Source: an uncultured Clostridia bacterium
GTDB lineage: Bacteria; Bacillota; Clostridia; UBA1381
Direction: 5' to 3'
DNA: 47,561 bases
Assembly: GCA_934481375.1 (NCBI GenBank)
Contig: CAKSPN010000001.1
Location: 1-47,561 of the forward strand
Under the pieces are notes generated by a model that saw only the letters and a program-made list of their open reading frames with translations, was not told the DNA's origin and made no database searches. Position 1 is the stretch's first letter. Every line of letters begins with the position of its first letter. Below, piece by piece: positions 43,882-47,561 of this stretch. The position numbers and the translations under genes were made by a program.

Positions 43882-44006
43882 TTTATCACCTCAAAGCAAT
43901 TTTGTGCTAAAATACAGCAAATTCGTTATTGATATTTCCCATACTTATAATATATAATAAAGCTAACGAAAAGTCAATACAAGACTCGAGAAAGAAGGTA
44001 TTAATA

Positions 44007-44984
44007 ATGTTAAAAGTAGGATTGATAGGTTACGGCGGAATGGGCAGAGCGCACACAGGCGCGTACGAGGCTATAAGCGATAGGGTAACTATAGCCGCCG
44101 CTGCCGATTTGCAAGAGGAAAAAAGAGCGGAATTAAAGGAAAAGTACGGTTGTGTGACATACGAAACAGGTATGGAACTTATAGAAAATGCCGATGTTGA
44201 TTTTGTCGACATTTGTCTGCCTACGTTCCTGCACGCAGAGCATGCCGCTGCGGCTATGAGAAAAGGATACAACGTATTCCTTGAAAAGCCGGTATGCCTT
44301 AACGAGGAGGAGGCAAAAATGCTTCTGGACGTTCAGAAAGAAACAGGCAAAAAAGTCCAGATAGGACAGGTTGTTCGTTTTATGAACGATTATGTATGGC
44401 TCAAGAACGTTGTTGACAGCGGCAAATACGGAAAAGTTCTTTCGGCAAACTTTATGCGAATGAGCGAAATGCCTACATGGGGCTGGAATGACTGGTACTC
44501 GGACGACGCAAAATGCGGCGGCGTAGGACTTGACTTACATATTCATGACGCAGACTTTATAAGATATACTTTCGGCGATGACATTAAAGATATAAAGGCT
44601 ATGGGCGTAAGAAACGCCGAAGGCAGACTCAGACATCTTAACGTTATGTTCGATTACGGCGACAAGACAATAAGCGCAGAATCTTCATGGGACTGCACCC
44701 CGTCATTCGGATTTCTTGCCTGCTACAAGGTTTATTTTGAAAAAGCAACCGTTGTATGCGAAAAGGGAAAGATTACTGTTTACGGTGACGAGGTAGAGGA
44801 AATAGACGTACAGGAGTCCGCAAAGGATTTGGGTATAAACATACCTGCAGTCGGCGGATATTCGGAGGAAATACGTTACTTTGTCGATGAAATACTGAAC
44901 GGAAACGGCAAAGAAATGGCTCCACTTTCAGAGGGGATTAAGTCGGCACAACTGGTTTGGCGTGAAATGGACGCTCTTAAATAA
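44007..44984 (+). CDS. Gfo/Idh/MocA family NAD(P)-dependent oxidoreductase
   Basis: MLKVGLIGYGGMGRAH Rossmann start and the EKP motif (FLEKPV). Start moved to ATG 44007. Confidence 0.85.
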   Translation: MLKVGLIGYGGMGRAHTGAYEAISDRVTIAAAADLQEEKRAELKEKYGCVTYETGMELIENADVDFVDICLPTFLHAEHAAAAMRKGYNVFLEKPVCLNEEEAKMLLDVQKETGKKVQIGQVVRFMNDYVWLKNVVDSGKYGKVLSANFMRMSEMPTWGWNDWYSDDAKCGGVGLDLHIHDADFIRYTFGDDIKDIKAMGVRNAEGRLRHLNVMFDYGDKTISAESSWDCTPSFGFLACYKVYFEKATVVCEKGKITVYGDEVEEIDVQESAKDLGINIPAVGGYSEEIRYFVDEILNGNGKEMAPLSEGIKSAQLVWREMDALK

Positions 44985-45002
44985 GAAAGGAAGTATACGA
45001 TT

Positions 45003-45824
45003 ATGAAAACAGGCGTAGTAGTATTTTTGGACGGAAAACTTGAGGAGCATTTCAAAAAAGCGTCTGCCGCAGGCTTTACCACATGTCAGCTTGTAGGCTG
45101 GGAGCTTGATAAATTTACGGAGGAATATGCCGAAAAAACCAAGGAATACGAGAAAAAGTACGGTATGGAGGTATCGGCGTTCTGGTGCGGCTGGTCGGGA
45201 CCGCAGAAGTGGAATTTCAAAGAAGGTCCGCATACTTTGGGTCTTGTGCCGGTAACTTATCGTGCGCAGAGAATAAAAGACTTGAAAAAAGGCTCGGATT
45301 TTGCTAAAATGATAGGTGTTACGGACGTAGTCACACATATGGGCTTTATTCCGGAAAATTCCATGACGGAGGAATATATGACTCTTGTTATAGCAATCCG
45401 TGAGGTTGCGGAGTATTTCAAGAATAACGGTCAGTATCTGCTTTTTGAAACGGGTCAGGAAACACCGACAACGCTTATGCGTACAATCCACGATGTCGGA
45501 ACGGGAAATATGGGTGTAAACATAGATCCGGCAAACCTTATCCTTTACGGAAAAGCAAACCCGATCGACGCTCTTGAAATTTTCGGAAAGCTTGTACGCG
45601 GCGTTCACGCAAAGGACGGACTTTATCCGACAGACGGCGAAAATCTCGGTACAGAAGTACCCGTCGGCGAGGGAAAAACAAACTTCCCGAAGTTTATAAA
45701 GCTTTTGAAAGAAATCGGCTATGACGGCGCCGTAACGATTGAAAGAGAAATATCGGGCGAACAGCAGGACAAGGATATTGCAAAAACAAAGGTATATCTT
45801 GAAGAACTGTTTGCCGCAAACTGA
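45003..45824 (+). CDS. Xylose-isomerase-like TIM-barrel protein (sugar phosphate isomerase/epimerase family)
   Basis: 273 aa. Pattern of metal-ligand-type segments (VVTHMGF, LLFETGQE, NIDPANL, VHAKD, TIERE) typical of the AP-endonuclease-2 / IolE-like fold. Confidence 0.75.
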   Translation: MKTGVVVFLDGKLEEHFKKASAAGFTTCQLVGWELDKFTEEYAEKTKEYEKKYGMEVSAFWCGWSGPQKWNFKEGPHTLGLVPVTYRAQRIKDLKKGSDFAKMIGVTDVVTHMGFIPENSMTEEYMTLVIAIREVAEYFKNNGQYLLFETGQETPTTLMRTIHDVGTGNMGVNIDPANLILYGKANPIDALEIFGKLVRGVHAKDGLYPTDGENLGTEVPVGEGKTNFPKFIKLLKEIGYDGAVTIEREISGEQQDKDIAKTKVYLEELFAAN

Positions 45825-45835
45825 AAGGAACAGCA

Positions 45836-46843
45836 ATGAATAAAATTTACGGAATTACTCTTATCGGCTGCGGAAAAATGGGGCATACGCACCTTAGCAG
45901 AATTTGCGAAAGGAATAATATAAGAATAAACTGCGTATGCGACCGCAATATTGAAAGGGCGGAGCATTATAAAAAGGTGTTCGGTGCGGCGAAAGCCTCG
46001 GACAATGCGGAGGAATGTATAAAAGACCCCGGCACGGATATTGTTATTATCGCAACGTATCCGTCAACGCATATTGAAATGCTTAAAATCTGCCTTGAAA
46101 ACGGCAAGCATGCGCTTTGCGAAAAACCGATTGCCGATACCCTTGAAAAGGGCGAGGAGTTTTACCGTCTGGTAAAGAGCCACCCCGAATGTAAGGTGCT
46201 TGTGGGTAATCTTCTGCGCCACTGCAGTGCATATCAGAAAGCGGCGGAGATGATACAAAGCGGAGTGATTGGAAAACCCGTTGTGATACGTCTGGTGCAT
46301 AATCATCATACAATGGACTGGGCAAGGTATAAAAATCTTATCGAGGAAACCTCGCCGCTTATCGACTGCGGCGTGCATTATACAGATATATGCCAGTGGT
46401 TTACGGGCGAGAAAATAGAACAAGTTTCGGCGATAGGCGCTTGCACGGAGCCGGATTTGCCGAAGGGCAAATACAATTATTCGATGATGACAATGCGCCT
46501 GTCGGGCGGTTCGGTCGCATATTATGAGGCAGGCTGGTCAAACACGCTCACAGCGGCGTCAACACGTGAATTTGCAGGTCCAAAGGGCAGTATTCGGATA
46601 ATGGACCCGAACGAGCGCCCCTCGCATCAGGAGGAGGGCGAGCTTATCGAGCTGTACCGTTATCCCGAGCGCAAATATGAGATAATAAATATAAACGAGG
46701 ACGCACGTCCTACGGATAAGCAGATAGAATATCTTATAAAGATGATTGAGGAGGACACTTCCGCCGTACCGAGTATGGAGGAGATTATGGAGTGTTTCCG
46801 TGCGCTGTTTGAGGGCGACAGGCAGATAAAAGAAATGCTGTAA
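45836..46843 (+). CDS. Gfo/Idh/MocA family NAD(P)-dependent oxidoreductase
   Basis: ITLIGCGKMGHTH Rossmann start and CEKPI motif. 335 aa. Starts 11 nt after the TIM-barrel gene. Confidence 0.85.
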   Translation: MNKIYGITLIGCGKMGHTHLSRICERNNIRINCVCDRNIERAEHYKKVFGAAKASDNAEECIKDPGTDIVIIATYPSTHIEMLKICLENGKHALCEKPIADTLEKGEEFYRLVKSHPECKVLVGNLLRHCSAYQKAAEMIQSGVIGKPVVIRLVHNHHTMDWARYKNLIEETSPLIDCGVHYTDICQWFTGEKIEQVSAIGACTEPDLPKGKYNYSMMTMRLSGGSVAYYEAGWSNTLTAASTREFAGPKGSIRIMDPNERPSHQEEGELIELYRYPERKYEIININEDARPTDKQIEYLIKMIEEDTSAVPSMEEIMECFRALFEGDRQIKEML

Positions 46844-46875
46844 TGAACGGCTCGCTTGCCAAAAACGGTTTTTAT

Positions 46876-46966
46876 GGGTCGATGTGGGCATCGACCCCTA
46901 CGGATTTATGGAAAACGCACGCCGTGCAGGGCAACGTTTAGGGTCGATGTAGGCATCGACCCCTAC
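46876..46966. repeat. Family-1 repeat cluster (A, degenerate B, A)
   Basis: GGGTCGATGTGGGCATCGACCCCTAC (46876-46901) and GGGTCGATGTAGGCATCGACCCCTAC (46941-46966) are direct copies 65 bp apart. Confidence 0.85.
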
Positions 46967-46985
46967 AAATTTGCACACCAAACAC

Positions 46986-47016
46986 AAAAAAACCGAGGTA
47001 AAACCTCGGTTTTTTT
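46986..47016. terminator. Bidirectional Rho-independent terminator
   Basis: AAAAAAA-ACCGAGGT-aaa-ACCTCGGT-TTTTTT between convergent genes. Confidence 0.85.
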
Positions 47017-47025
47017 ATGTTTATC

Positions 47026-47561
<536 letters not shown>

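Noticed and set aside
44928-45836. 302-aa ORF on the minus strand
   Set aside because: It is entirely antisense to the well-supported TIM-barrel gene. Its composition is Cys/Phe/Arg/Leu-rich and protein-unlike, and it has no RBS. I treat it as a shadow ORF.

Overview
This looks like a chromosomal segment of a moderate-GC Firmicute. It is very probably a Clostridia-class anaerobe and likely a spore former. Supporting gene content: desulfoferrodoxin, a split B12 methionine synthase, an SLH protein, a LytTR/GHKL two-component pair and GGAGG-type RBSs. I call 45 protein-coding genes (one partial). I recognised no rRNA, tRNA, CRISPR array, transposase, integrase or phage gene. Housekeeping genes are comM, tcdA, metF-(MetH activation domain)-metH, typA, secA, an Lrp regulator plus aminotransferase, pyrG and ilvC (partial). 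Accessory content: (1) a secreted beta-helix protein with an internal ~0.9 kb tandem duplication, followed by a 58-aa ORF missing from the ORF track, a membrane protein and an SLH protein; (2) an ECF sigma factor fused in frame to a 256-aa domain that keeps its own SD-ATG; (3) a LytTR/GHKL pair followed by a 57-aa peptide with 12 Cys; (4) an esterase operon divergent from a TetR/LiaF-like operon with a perfect operator palindrome; (5) an AraC-controlled five-gene operon containing an in-frame SDR::SGNH chimera that lacks both catalytic centres; (6) a heterodimeric ABC exporter followed by an orphan 714-aa protein and a bitopic membrane partner, which is my best candidate for an undescribed system; (7) two AraC-linked sugar-oxidoreductase loci. 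Two families of structured intergenic repeats recur through the window, with arm or loop differences that preserve the hairpins. All functional calls come from motif recognition by eye. No database search was run.
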